The notes under the pieces are model-generated. The model made no database searches and was not told where the DNA came from. It saw only the letters and a program-made list of their open reading frames with translations. DNA of 64,000 bases from a virus, in IMG/VR virus record IMGVR_UViG_3300038457_000086, positions 3,097 through 67,096 of that record. One strand, given 5' to 3'. Position 1 is the stretch's first letter. Each line of letters starts with the position of its first letter. Position numbers and translations under genes: made by a program. Shown here one piece after another: positions 27,527 through 36,067 of the stretch.

Positions 27527-27562
27527 AGGCACAATGTAGCAGATTGCGCCACAATATGTCAA
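27527..27562 (-). promoter_or_regulatory. Sigma-A-type early promoter with candidate operator
   Basis: TTGACA (27562-27557)-N18-TACATT (27538-27533)-N6-ATG; imperfect palindrome ATTGTG-G-CGCAAT in the spacer. Confidence 0.85.
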
Positions 27563-27744
27563 GAGGCGTCAGGATATCGCGCGCAGAGGCACGCCAAACG
27601 CCCCACTCTCTCTAGTCATGGACGACTTCGATCACCCCCTTGAGCAGCGCATACGCCAGTTCGGGCCGGTCGTGGACGAATGGGCCATCGCACCGCGACT
27701 CTATAGAAACGGCCGTGGAGCTGCCCGTCTTGCGCCCCCAACAC

Positions 27745-27783
27745 AAAAGAGCCCCCCAGCCACACAAGGGGGCTGGGGGGCTC
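27745..27783 (-). terminator. Intrinsic terminator ending the late operon
   Basis: Perfect 13-bp stem GAGCCCCCCAGCC/GGCTGGGGGGCTC followed by TTTTG on minus. Confidence 0.85.
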
Positions 27784-27887
27784 ATGTTCGCAACGAGCCC
27801 GACGGGCTCTTGCATCTCGCCCGCCGAAGCGCAGCGAGGGGATATGTGGTGGCCTAGGTCCTCAGTTATTCCCCGGCCGGGAGGACT

Positions 27888-27934
27888 CCACGCGACGCCC
27901 GAGGGCGTTTCTGCTTTCGCTTCATCAGGCGTAG
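27888..27934 (-). ncRNA. Type I hammerhead ribozyme-like motif
   Basis: CUACGC-CUGAUGA-A-GC(GAAA)GC-A-GAAA-CGCC(CUCG)GGC-GUC-GCGUGG; stems I and III pair; stem II is short with A.A at 10.1/11.1. Confidence 0.7.
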
Positions 27935-27990
27935 TGCCGGGCCAGATGTCTCCATGTCAGCCACCGTGGGAGACCCACGCACAGCGAATG

Positions 27991-28416
27991 TTACCAGCAG
28001 CTCCACCGCGACTGTTCGCCACGGCTCCAGTACCACATGGCTCCCAGGGAGGACCAGTGCGCCGAGAACACCGAGTGGCGCGCGTACGGTGTCGCAGCCC
28101 ATGTGGCCGCTTCGAACTGCCATAGCCCGGCATCACCCGATTCGCTGTTGACCGCCGACGGATCGTCGCGGCTCTCGCACCACGCTACATCCTCGGCCTC
28201 GTCTACGGACTGGTGGTAGCGCTCTGCGGCCTGGACGATGCACGGGACCGGACGGGAGTTCGAGCACGTCGAGCTAACCGTGTAATGACGGCCGGGCGCT
28301 CGCCCGAGCATCGCTGGGCTTTGGCGGGGGCTCTGTCGGCGATGGTGCGTTGCTCTCTTGCCGGAAGCCACCGCTGGTTTCGACGATGGTGTGTCCTGTA
28401 CGCCGGTCAGAAGCAA
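27991..28416 (-). CDS. Secreted Rpf/SLT-like lytic transglycosylase
   Basis: VAWCES...AVN...AGLWQFEAATW...WSC; hydrophobic leader extends upstream in frame, but the RBS-linked TTG (28453) is 1 nt out of frame. Confidence 0.75.
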   Translation of the reverse strand: MLLTGVQDTPSSKPAVASGKRATHHRRQSPRQSPAMLGRAPGRHYTVSSTCSNSRPVPCIVQAAERYHQSVDEAEDVAWCESRDDPSAVNSESGDAGLWQFEAATWAATPYARHSVFSAHWSSLGAMWYWSRGEQSRWSCW

Positions 28417-28547
28417 CGCGGCGATTGTCAGAGTGGTTGCCAGGATCGGTCAAGGTGCCTCCTGTCTCGTTGAGCCACGGCGCGATGCCGAGGCCGGTCA
28501 CGCCCTCTTCGGCGTCATCGCTCCACTTCGAGCGGTAAACTCATGCG

Positions 28548-28748
28548 ATGGCCATGAGCGTCACGGTCGCGGAGATCCCCGTTTCGCAGATGCCGTGCTC
28601 GATCTGCCTGGTTAGACCAGCGCGCGTCAAGACAACGACAGACGGCCTCGACAAGCACACAGAACGCTTGCCGTGCGAGACCTGCGAACAGCTCTGGCCG
28701 TACTTCGAGACCAGGCTCCAGCCGGAGGACTACTCGCCACCCCAGTGA
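28548..28748 (+). CDS. Small antisense Zn-finger protein, leaderless
   Basis: TAAACT-N6-ATG; CSIC...CETC. Confidence 0.55.
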   Translation: MAMSVTVAEIPVSQMPCSICLVRPARVKTTTDGLDKHTERLPCETCEQLWPYFETRLQPEDYSPPQ

Positions 28749-28815
28749 AGTTCTAGGCCGGTCAACGCCAGCCGTCGGCGTTCATCCCGTCACATAGACG
28801 AGGTACGATCAGACG

Positions 28816-28947
28816 GTGGACGAGCAGTTCGACATGCGGCGCATCGCCCGCCTCTACGATGTGCCTCCCTGGATCGTCAGCGGGGACTACTCGGCGCCAC
28901 GCTTTCCGCGCCTGCGCTGGGCGCTACGGCGCATCTGGCCCGTTTAG
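28816..28947 (+). CDS. 43-aa antisense ORF, leaderless
   Basis: TACGAT-N6-GTG; (M)DEQFDMRRIARLYDVPPWIVSG... Confidence 0.45.
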   Translation: MDEQFDMRRIARLYDVPPWIVSGDYSAPRFPRLRWALRRIWPV

Positions 28948-29210
28948 ACGGTCCCCTGTAGACGACCCGCGTCCGAAGGCGTCCGGCGCACGCGCGCACA
29001 TCGCAGGACAGCCCAAGGAAACGGCCGAGCGCGCCACAGCTCCCTAGCTTCCCGCCGCCAGCCAACCACCCGGCCGTCTTCGTAGACGGGTTCGCCGGTC
29101 AACAGGAACAGGCGCATCAGTGACCTTTGCAGGGTTGGCCCGGCTCGGCACCGCACAACAGACAGGGCAGCGGAGAAGGCCACGGGCGCTTGGGCTTCCT
29201 GGACATCACG

Positions 29211-29393
29211 TCAGTCATAGAACAAGAACCACGAAGCGAACCAAACCAGCCCCACGGTGAGCGTCACGCCAATGAAGCCGAGCATGATGACGCTCCCGGT
29301 CGACTGATGCTTCTCGGCTGCTTCGACGAGCAGCCAGTCCAGAGGGACGGGCAGCGCGCCGAACCAGATAGCCATGAAGACGCGGCCGATCAT
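29211..29393 (-). CDS. Small two-TM membrane protein
   Basis: Two hydrophobic stretches; ATGA overlap. Confidence 0.55.
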   Translation of the reverse strand: MIGRVFMAIWFGALPVPLDWLLVEAAEKHQSTGSVIMLGFIGVTLTVGLVWFASWFLFYD

Positions 29394-30019
29394 GCCGCCT
29401 TGGCCTTGGCTTCCTGGCGCTGACGACCAACGATCGCCGAGTACTTGATCCGTGCGGCAAGCTTCGCCAACTGCACGGGGTTCGTGAACACCATCAGCGT
29501 GTTCTCCTGGGCCTTGAAGCCCTTGGCGTTCGCAGCGCCATGCAGGCCGATCCCCTGTCCCTCGCCGGAGGAACTCCAGTTCATTGAGCCCTCGTAGCCC
29601 ACGATCCCGTCGAGAACGCCGCCCTTCGTGTGGACGATCTGCGATGTCTCCGAGGTCGTGATCACGAAGTCGGCAGCGAACTTCACTGGGTCCTTAGCGA
29701 CGTCGGAGGCGACAATCTTCTTCTCATGAACGCCGCCGGACTGCGACTTGTCGAGCACGAACTCCGTCACGACGCTCGGGTCTTCGACCTTGCCCCAGAT
29801 CACTTCGTTGAGCTGGTCGTCATCGAAACCGAACATCGTGGACTCGATCGACAGCGACACCCGCTCGTATAGGTGCATCAGCACCCCGTGGCAGTCATCG
29901 CGGCCAACGAGAAACAGCCGCGAGTCCGGACTGTCGCTCGCCGAGAACGCGCCCTCAGCCGCGTACTGCGCCAGGTCGCCGAGGTCGAACGTCTGGAGGC
30001 TCGGCTGCGGAGTGCTCAT
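29390..30019 (-). CDS. Single-HKD phospholipase D/Nuc-like protein
   Basis: HTKGGVLDG...GSMNWS...QEN. Confidence 0.85.
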   Translation of the reverse strand: MSTPQPSLQTFDLGDLAQYAAEGAFSASDSPDSRLFLVGRDDCHGVLMHLYERVSLSIESTMFGFDDDQLNEVIWGKVEDPSVVTEFVLDKSQSGGVHEKKIVASDVAKDPVKFAADFVITTSETSQIVHTKGGVLDGIVGYEGSMNWSSSGEGQGIGLHGAANAKGFKAQENTLMVFTNPVQLAKLAARIKYSAIVGRQRQEAKAKAA

Positions 30020-30861
30020 GCTGTCAACTGCCTGAAGTCACAGGCGCCACTGATCGCGACGAGCGTCGAGGCATGGATGCGGTAGCAGCCCTGGTCGCCC
30101 CACGGTTTCGTCCAGTGATTCCTCCCACGGAGGACCGTGCTCACCAGATCCACATGGCCTGTAGGCAGGAACTTGATCGTCTCGATCGCCGTCAGCGACG
30201 TCTCATGTCCCCCGGCAACACCCGAGCGGATCGATTCTTCGATCGCCGCGACCGACCCATCCCCGTCGATGAAGCCCTGCGCGTCCGGTTCCTCCCACTT
30301 GTAGAACCACGGACTCCCCATCATCACGAGCCCTTTCTGCATCAGCGAGAGCAGGCTTTCCCCGGCGGACGCGATGACCGCGCCCTGGACAACACCGAGC
30401 TTCTGTAGCAGCTGCACCACGTACGCCCCGGTGGAGCCGCAGTCCGTGGGCGGCCACTCTTCCGCCGGCTGCCCCGTCTGATCAGTACACAGGTGATAGC
30501 CCGCTATCGCAGCGCGCTCGAGCTGCGGCGCCTGGTCGTAGCTCGTCGGGTGTTCAGCATAGTCCGAGCTGATCAGCCGCTTGCAAAACGCCAAGAACTC
30601 CGCCTCCGGCAGCAGCTTTGCAGTCGCCTCGATCGCCGTGTTGAACGTGCACGACCCGAGAGCCGTAGCGTCCGTCCTGCAGCCCGGAATGAACCGGGAC
30701 GTGTGGATGCCCTGCTCGACCAGATCAGACTGGTCGAGCACCGTGATCGGGGTTTCGTTATCGACCTCCTTCAACGGGGTCGAGGTGTCGTGCACATGCA
30801 GGCCGAGGAGCGCTGACGGAGCCTCCTCGACCTGGTAGCGGCCGTAGACGGGGTAGCTCAT
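30016..30861 (-). CDS. Papain-like (C1) cysteine peptidase
   Basis: GSC(TFN), GGHE, RNHWTKPWGDQG catalytic motifs. Confidence 0.8.
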   Translation of the reverse strand: MSYPVYGRYQVEEAPSALLGLHVHDTSTPLKEVDNETPITVLDQSDLVEQGIHTSRFIPGCRTDATALGSCTFNTAIEATAKLLPEAEFLAFCKRLISSDYAEHPTSYDQAPQLERAAIAGYHLCTDQTGQPAEEWPPTDCGSTGAYVVQLLQKLGVVQGAVIASAGESLLSLMQKGLVMMGSPWFYKWEEPDAQGFIDGDGSVAAIEESIRSGVAGGHETSLTAIETIKFLPTGHVDLVSTVLRGRNHWTKPWGDQGCYRIHASTLVAISGACDFRQLTA

Positions 30862-31241
30862 GACGCCGGCACCGTCTTCGAGATCAGCGCGTGCGCGATC
30901 TGGGCCGCCGCGATCACCACCGCAGTCACGATCACGACAATGTGCGCCGCTTCCGCTTCAGTGATGAACAGAAACGACACGAGCAGGGCAACGGCCTGTG
31001 TGACGACGGCCACGACAGACGTGACGATCGCGGACGGTTCGATCGCGCCCGTGTGAATCGCGTTGGCGACCAAGCCGACGGCGGCGATACCCGCCGTTGT
31101 CGTAGCGACAAGCAGGCCCTCCTGTGAGGAGGAAATCAGGCCGACGCCCACGATGAGACCACCAACAGCGGTCACGACCGCGAGGATCGTTGCGTTTAGC
31201 GAGCTTGCTTGGACTTTCAGCTTCAAGGCGACAGAAGACAT
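30858..31241 (-). CDS. Holin-like four-TM protein (internal duplication)
   Basis: Two similar halves, each with two hydrophobic helices; near the endolysin. Confidence 0.65.
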   Translation of the reverse strand: MSSVALKLKVQASSLNATILAVVTAVGGLIVGVGLISSSQEGLLVATTTAGIAAVGLVANAIHTGAIEPSAIVTSVVAVVTQAVALLVSFLFITEAEAAHIVVIVTAVVIAAAQIAHALISKTVPAS

Positions 31242-31260
31242 GGTTACCTTTCGTTAGTGG

Positions 31261-31488
31261 TCAGGCTGCTTCACAGACCGCCGGACGCTCGACGAGCGTC
31301 CCGTACTCCCTCGGCGGCACAACAAGCTCTTGACCCGTGGTTTCGATGACGGGGAACGGCTGGACCACGGCGAAGCCGGGGTGTAGCGGCGAATCGGGGA
31401 TCGGTTCGGGGATCGGTTCGTTAGTCACGATGATGGGCCACACCCGGCCAGCTTCATCGCGCATCGGGATGTAGCCGAGTTCGCGCAT
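31261..31488 (-). CDS. Hypothetical protein
   Basis: TGATG overlap with the upstream gene. Confidence 0.45.
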   Translation of the reverse strand: MRELGYIPMRDEAGRVWPIIVTNEPIPEPIPDSPLHPGFAVVQPFPVIETTGQELVVPPREYGTLVERPAVCEAA

Positions 31489-31844
31489 CAGCAGCTCTCC
31501 CACACGCCAGCGCGGAGATAGCCATGCCAATAGGTGCCGGTGCTGGCGGGGACGATCAGTGCAACCACGGGGACCACGTCTGCGCCCTGGATTGACCCCC
31601 CCACGCTGATCGAGCCGTCATCGTGCTCGGTGATGATGTGCCGACATCCGTTTTTGTCGTCCTCGTTGACCCACAGCCGAGTTGTCGAGCCATCGGGGCA
31701 GCACACGAACCAATCCCATTGCACGGCGCTTGTGTCGGAGCCAGCACCCGGCGTGACGTTACAGCGGCCGTAGTCGCCGGGCTTGATCTCGCCGTCAGCC
31801 GCACGGTTGAGCCATTCGTCGTCGGGTAGCCGCGTGCCCTGCAT
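31488..31844 (-). CDS. Hypothetical protein (CPDG...SI...WHGYLRAGVW, DUF6527-like)
   Basis: Cys/His motif pattern; starts immediately after the endolysin stop. Confidence 0.55.
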   Translation of the reverse strand: MQGTRLPDDEWLNRAADGEIKPGDYGRCNVTPGAGSDTSAVQWDWFVCCPDGSTTRLWVNEDDKNGCRHIITEHDDGSISVGGSIQGADVVPVVALIVPASTGTYWHGYLRAGVWESC

Positions 31845-32762
31845 CTAATACACCCCGATCCGATGAAACTTCAGGATCTCGCGGTTCTCGATTGCGCCCT
31901 GCACAAGCCAGGTCCGGCAGGCGTCCTTGTAGGCGCGCGTGCTGGGCTTCGGGTGGGGCCACGGTGGTTTGCGGCACTCGTGCCTTGTGAGCAGGGCACG
32001 CAGTTGCTCGCGGAGCCGGTAGTGCGCGTCGAGCTCCCGGTGCTCCCGCGCGAGGATCTCCGCATGCGAGGGCGGCTTAGGCTTCGAGACCGGGGTGAGG
32101 AACAGCCGCACCTCATCCGCACGCCGGACGGCGAGACCGGGGAGCACCTGGCCACCCGCATGGTCGTAGGCCAGCATCTGTCGTGACGCGGCGTAGAACG
32201 CCCGGGCGCGCAGATCCGCGCCGACCGTGGTGCCTTGGAAGATCCCGGCGCCGAGGTTGTAGACAAAAGAGCACAGGGCATCCCACTGGTTCTGGTTCAA
32301 GGTCACGTCCAAGGCGCGGAGCGCCCACTCGTATTCGCTCTCCACCGAGGACTTGAGGTTGGCTTCGGCCGCCGCACGCCCGGAGAAGCAGAAGCCTTGG
32401 TAGGCCCCATGGGTCTGCCCAAAACCCACCGTCCAGACCCCGCCATAAGGGTCCCAGTACGCGCAGCGGCTGTAGCCCTCGAACTGCTCGATCAGGTGCA
32501 GGCCCGCGGCGTCGACGTGTTTCTCCGACACGCCGAGGAACAACGAGACGGGAGGTGCCTCGGGTTTCGCGCCTTCCGGGACGCGAGCGGATTCCGGCGG
32601 CACCGCGATGCTCCCTGGTGGGATGCCAGTGGTGGTCGCCGGCTGGGGAGCCACCCGCGGAGGAGGGAGAGGGGACGAATGACCCCCACAGCCAGCGATC
32701 GTGGCCGCACACACGGCGGCGAGGAGTAGCGCGGCCGTGGCCGCGAGAAGAAAACGCTTCAT
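31845..32762 (-). CDS. GH24 phage lysozyme (endolysin) with lipoprotein-like signal
   Basis: FEG-x7-D-x5-TVGFG, QNQWDALCSFVYNLG, PGLAVRRADE; N-terminal MKR + hydrophobic + IAGC + Pro-rich linker. Confidence 0.9.
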   Translation of the reverse strand: MKRFLLAATAALLLAAVCAATIAGCGGHSSPLPPPRVAPQPATTTGIPPGSIAVPPESARVPEGAKPEAPPVSLFLGVSEKHVDAAGLHLIEQFEGYSRCAYWDPYGGVWTVGFGQTHGAYQGFCFSGRAAAEANLKSSVESEYEWALRALDVTLNQNQWDALCSFVYNLGAGIFQGTTVGADLRARAFYAASRQMLAYDHAGGQVLPGLAVRRADEVRLFLTPVSKPKPPSHAEILAREHRELDAHYRLREQLRALLTRHECRKPPWPHPKPSTRAYKDACRTWLVQGAIENREILKFHRIGVY

Positions 32763-32770
32763 GAGGTCTC

Positions 32771-33208
32771 CTATTCCGAGGGTGCGCGGCCGGACCGCTG
32801 CGGCTTGGGCTTCTGGTCAAGGGCCGCGTCATCTAGCCGGCCGTGTAGATCCGCAACGCTCTTGCCGAGAGTCTCGATCCGGTCCACGACGACCTGCAAG
32901 CCACCCGGCGACACGGGGTCCAGGCGGTCCAGCACGTCCGCGATCCCGCCGTCTGTCTCGGGGTTCAGCAGGTCGAGCACTTTCTTCATGTGCTCCGCGT
33001 GAACGTCGGCGCGCGCCGCTGCGGCGTCGAGCTTGCGGTGCATCTCCTCCACAGCACCCTTGTGCCAGAACCAGCCGAACAGCGCGAGGACCGCGAGGGG
33101 CAGCACGGCGACCACATTGCCCCATACGGCCGCTTCGTAGAAGTGCGGGCCGCCAGGCATCCCGAAAAAGAAGGCCCAGAAGTGTTCGGTGAGGAAGAAC
33201 GGCATCAC
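32771..33208 (-). CDS. Membrane protein with coiled coil (lysis cassette)
   Basis: One TM segment followed by heptads. Confidence 0.6.
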   Translation of the reverse strand: MMPFFLTEHFWAFFFGMPGGPHFYEAAVWGNVVAVLPLAVLALFGWFWHKGAVEEMHRKLDAAAARADVHAEHMKKVLDLLNPETDGGIADVLDRLDPVSPGGLQVVVDRIETLGKSVADLHGRLDDAALDQKPKPQRSGRAPSE

Positions 33209-33681
33209 TCACCCGGCCCGACGGTCAGCGTCGACGGTGGCGGCAACTGCTTCGAAAACGGGATCGGCGACGGCGGGACATAGGTCAGGGGGTCGTCGGT
33301 GGCAGGCACACATTTCGCTAATTCCGTCCACTGCTTGTCCTTCGCGTCCGCCTCTAGACCCGACGTGAACTCGTCGACGAGATGCCTGTCGCCCGCTTGC
33401 TGCGAGGGCGACAGCCGCCGGTCGGGTTCCTGTGGCTGCGCGAGGCTGATCCGGAGCAGCGCAGCGAGCGTCGAGTCGAAGCGGTAGTCGTCGAAGTGGC
33501 TACGGTTGTCCTCGGCCCTGATCACGTTCAGGCGGTGGCAGGACCGCAGCTGCGCGGTGCGTAGCGATTCCTCGCTGACGCCCTGGCTATGGATCTGCGA
33601 GAAGCCGAGTGCGATCAGCCCGATCGCGATCCATGGGCTCAGCTTGTCCAGCGCTCGCCCAACAGTCTTGAGCTTAGACAT
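33205..33681 (-). CDS. Membrane-anchored protein (lysis cassette)
   Basis: N-terminal TM, SCHRLN..R, C-terminal Cys and Pro-rich tail. Confidence 0.6.
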   Translation of the reverse strand: MSKLKTVGRALDKLSPWIAIGLIALGFSQIHSQGVSEESLRTAQLRSCHRLNVIRAEDNRSHFDDYRFDSTLAALLRISLAQPQEPDRRLSPSQQAGDRHLVDEFTSGLEADAKDKQWTELAKCVPATDDPLTYVPPSPIPFSKQLPPPSTLTVGPGE

Positions 33682-33765
33682 GGAACAAGCCGATCCACTG
33701 CGCGACCGCCGCGACCGCGCTACCCGCTAGCACCCACACCAGATGATGATGCTGTAGGCCCTGCA

Positions 33766-33987
33766 TCAGGGGCCGCCACGGGCGTCGTGGTCTTTGGAGG
33801 GGCGGGCAGACGCCACACGCTGGAACATCAACAGGGCTCCAGCGAATGTGATCGCCCCGAGGTTGGGTTCGTGGCCTCCCGCCCACCACGAGACGATCTG
33901 CTGCGCCCCGAGTAGGAGTCCCCCGATCTGCGCCCACCGGGGCCAGTCCCGGGACACGCGCCGCCATAGCTTCCTGACGGGCGCCAT
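33766..33987 (-). CDS. Small two-TM holin-like protein (followed by a 30-aa hydrophobic ORF 33674..33766)
   Basis: Two hydrophobic segments; TGATG coupling. Confidence 0.55.
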   Translation of the reverse strand: MAPVRKLWRRVSRDWPRWAQIGGLLLGAQQIVSWWAGGHEPNLGAITFAGALLMFQRVASARPSKDHDARGGP

Positions 33988-34107
33988 TCATCTGGCCGCT
34001 CTATGCAGGTTGCTTACGATCATTCCGGACCTCCCGGGGTTCCACGGGTTTGACGGCATGGGCGCTCTCCCCTTCTATGCCATCCGCCAGCCCGAACTGG
34101 CCAGTCG

Positions 34108-34680
34108 TCAGACCTGGCTCATCTGAAGATTGGCGCGCACCGCAACAGCCGATTTGGCCGCGGCGCTACCCGAAACCACGACCGCGACGGCATACAGGCC
34201 CGCGGATGGGCACGTGAACAGGCCGCTCGCCTGCTCAACCTGGACTTCTTTGGCTGGCGTTGTAAACGCAGCCGTCGACCCAGACACGACCGATCCAAGC
34301 GTCAATTCGACCTTTTTTTCCGCGCCAGCAGACCCAGACACCGGATACAACCCCACCGTGAACGTCACCGCAGGAGCAACCGCGTTCGTGACGCATGTTG
34401 CCTGGAGGTTCAGTTTCACCGTCCGTTCGTTGACCGCCGACTCTTTGTAGTCCGCCGGGTTCAGGTAGAACGCCGCGAGGCCGGCGAGTTCCGCCGTATG
34501 GATCACGTTCGGGCTCCCCGCGCCGAGCAGATATGTAGCGGCACCCGGTTCCTGGAGGAGCGTGGACTGCGCCAGCAGGTGCTTTTTGTATTCGTATGCG
34601 CCGCCATAGTCAGTGGCAATCGCGTTCAAATCACCAGGGAGTAGCGTGCCTCCATTTACGAAGACCTTGATGGCCGACAT
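34108..34680 (-). CDS. Short tail fibre/baseplate receptor-binding protein
   Basis: FVNGGTLLPGDLNAI N-terminal anchor motif; beta-rich. Confidence 0.6.
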   Translation of the reverse strand: MSAIKVFVNGGTLLPGDLNAIATDYGGAYEYKKHLLAQSTLLQEPGAATYLLGAGSPNVIHTAELAGLAAFYLNPADYKESAVNERTVKLNLQATCVTNAVAPAVTFTVGLYPVSGSAGAEKKVELTLGSVVSGSTAAFTTPAKEVQVEQASGLFTCPSAGLYAVAVVVSGSAAAKSAVAVRANLQMSQV

Positions 34681-34706
34681 GTGCGCTCCTTACTGTGGGG
34701 TTGGTC

Positions 34707-35477
34707 TTAGACGGCTTCGACTTCGCGGATGACCGCCGGAAGGCAGTCCGCGGGTTCGTAGCGTTCGACAGCGCGTTGGAAGGCTTTGCGATCGAACGTC
34801 AGCCAGCTACACACTTCGACCGTGAACTGATCCGGGGTCGGTGTGTTCTGCTGGATGGACACGAAGCCGTTCTGGCTGAAGATCAAGCCTGGACCTGCGC
34901 CGGGTGGTGTTTCGCCGGTAGCGCCGATCACATTGTCCGACGGCAGGCTCAAGGGGAGGACGGGGAACGTGAGCCCGTCTCCGTTAGCGGGGAAGATCAG
35001 GCCGGCAGTCGGCTCGTCGCCGGGGGCGAACTGGTAGAGCTTGAGCCCTTCACCGTTTGCTGGGAACGTGAACCCTTCCCCACCCGAGGGGAACGTGAGG
35101 ACCGCTCCCCCGGTGGTGTTGATCGATGTTTCCAGAAGCGCTGTGAGCGTGTTGAGGAGGCTCTCGAGGCTCCCGTCGGATTCCGCGCACGCTTTGATAT
35201 AGGAGCGGATCTGTTCGACCGTGGGGGGTAGCTGTTCCGACTGCAAGCCCCATGCGAACGCGAAGTTCCGCAACAGGCCTTCCCCGTCGGCCGTGTCGAG
35301 GACCGAGTTCAGATACGGGTTCTCCCACAGCCATGCGAGCTGGTCGAACACCACACCAGAAGCCGCGAGGAGGCTGTAGAGCGCCGAGTTCGGCTCGCGA
35401 GATGCCCACCAGTACGGCAGATGGTCTTGAAGGTCTTCGAGCGCCGGCGCGAAGTCTGGGGCGATCTCTTCGGCCAT
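34707..35477 (-). CDS. Baseplate wedge protein (P2 gpI-like)
   Basis: LQDHLPYWW...LDTADGEGL...WGL...Y-x-PA; position after baseplate J. Confidence 0.6.
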   Translation of the reverse strand: MAEEIAPDFAPALEDLQDHLPYWWASREPNSALYSLLAASGVVFDQLAWLWENPYLNSVLDTADGEGLLRNFAFAWGLQSEQLPPTVEQIRSYIKACAESDGSLESLLNTLTALLETSINTTGGAVLTFPSGGEGFTFPANGEGLKLYQFAPGDEPTAGLIFPANGDGLTFPVLPLSLPSDNVIGATGETPPGAGPGLIFSQNGFVSIQQNTPTPDQFTVEVCSWLTFDRKAFQRAVERYEPADCLPAVIREVEAV

Positions 35478-35529
35478 ACGGCCCCTCCATTCCGCTCACT
35501 GGACTGTTCTGGTAAGGTCCTCGACCCAA

Positions 35530-35979
35530 ATGGGCTTCCTCGACGCGCTCCACCGGCTCTACAACCAGCTCTGCGCCATCATCGCGGGCCTCTTCGTCGG
35601 CTACTGGGGGGCCGTCGGGTTCCACAACAGCTGGGCCGCACCGATGCGCTACCCCGCCCTGGGTGCTGTCTCAGGTCTCGCCGTGTTCCTGGCGGTCCTG
35701 GCGCTCGGAGCGCGGGGGGACCGCAAGCGAGCCCGCAAGCGCGTGAAGGCTCGTGAAGCGGAGATCGCATGGGAGGAGAGCGTAAGAGCCCGCTCACGGA
35801 CAACCCGGGAGCCCGAGAGCCTTCCCACGTGGGCGCGCCACACAGCCCCGGAGACAACAGACGCCTCCGAGCGGCGTGGCATACGCTGGGGACGACACCT
35901 CACGCTGCTCCTCGCTCCGATAGCTGTGCTCGCCGTCATCGCGGGACTCACAACCCTCTTAAGCCTCATCGGGTCTTGA
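35530..35979 (+). CDS. Antisense membrane protein (moron)
   Basis: Three hydrophobic segments; opposite to the operon. Confidence 0.6.
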   Translation: MGFLDALHRLYNQLCAIIAGLFVGYWGAVGFHNSWAAPMRYPALGAVSGLAVFLAVLALGARGDRKRARKRVKAREAEIAWEESVRARSRTTREPESLPTWARHTAPETTDASERRGIRWGRHLTLLLAPIAVLAVIAGLTTLLSLIGS

Positions 35980-36067
35980 CAGGCGTTCCGATCCGTGGGA
36001 TGCTGGGCCTACAAAGCGCCCCCGCGCGGTTGGACGCCGGGGGCATGGACACAGGAGGTTAGATCCC

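Noticed and set aside
27560-27990. tRNA gene in the intergenic region
   Set aside because: No cloverleaf with a T-loop consensus found; structures fit hammerhead, hairpins and terminator
30072-30079. catggatg matching the flank of the TIR at 8415
   Set aside because: Inside an intact peptidase gene with no TIR; an 8-mer match is expected by chance in 64 kb
33990-34105. Riboswitch upstream of the lysis cassette
   Set aside because: Hairpins are present but I recognise no aptamer consensus
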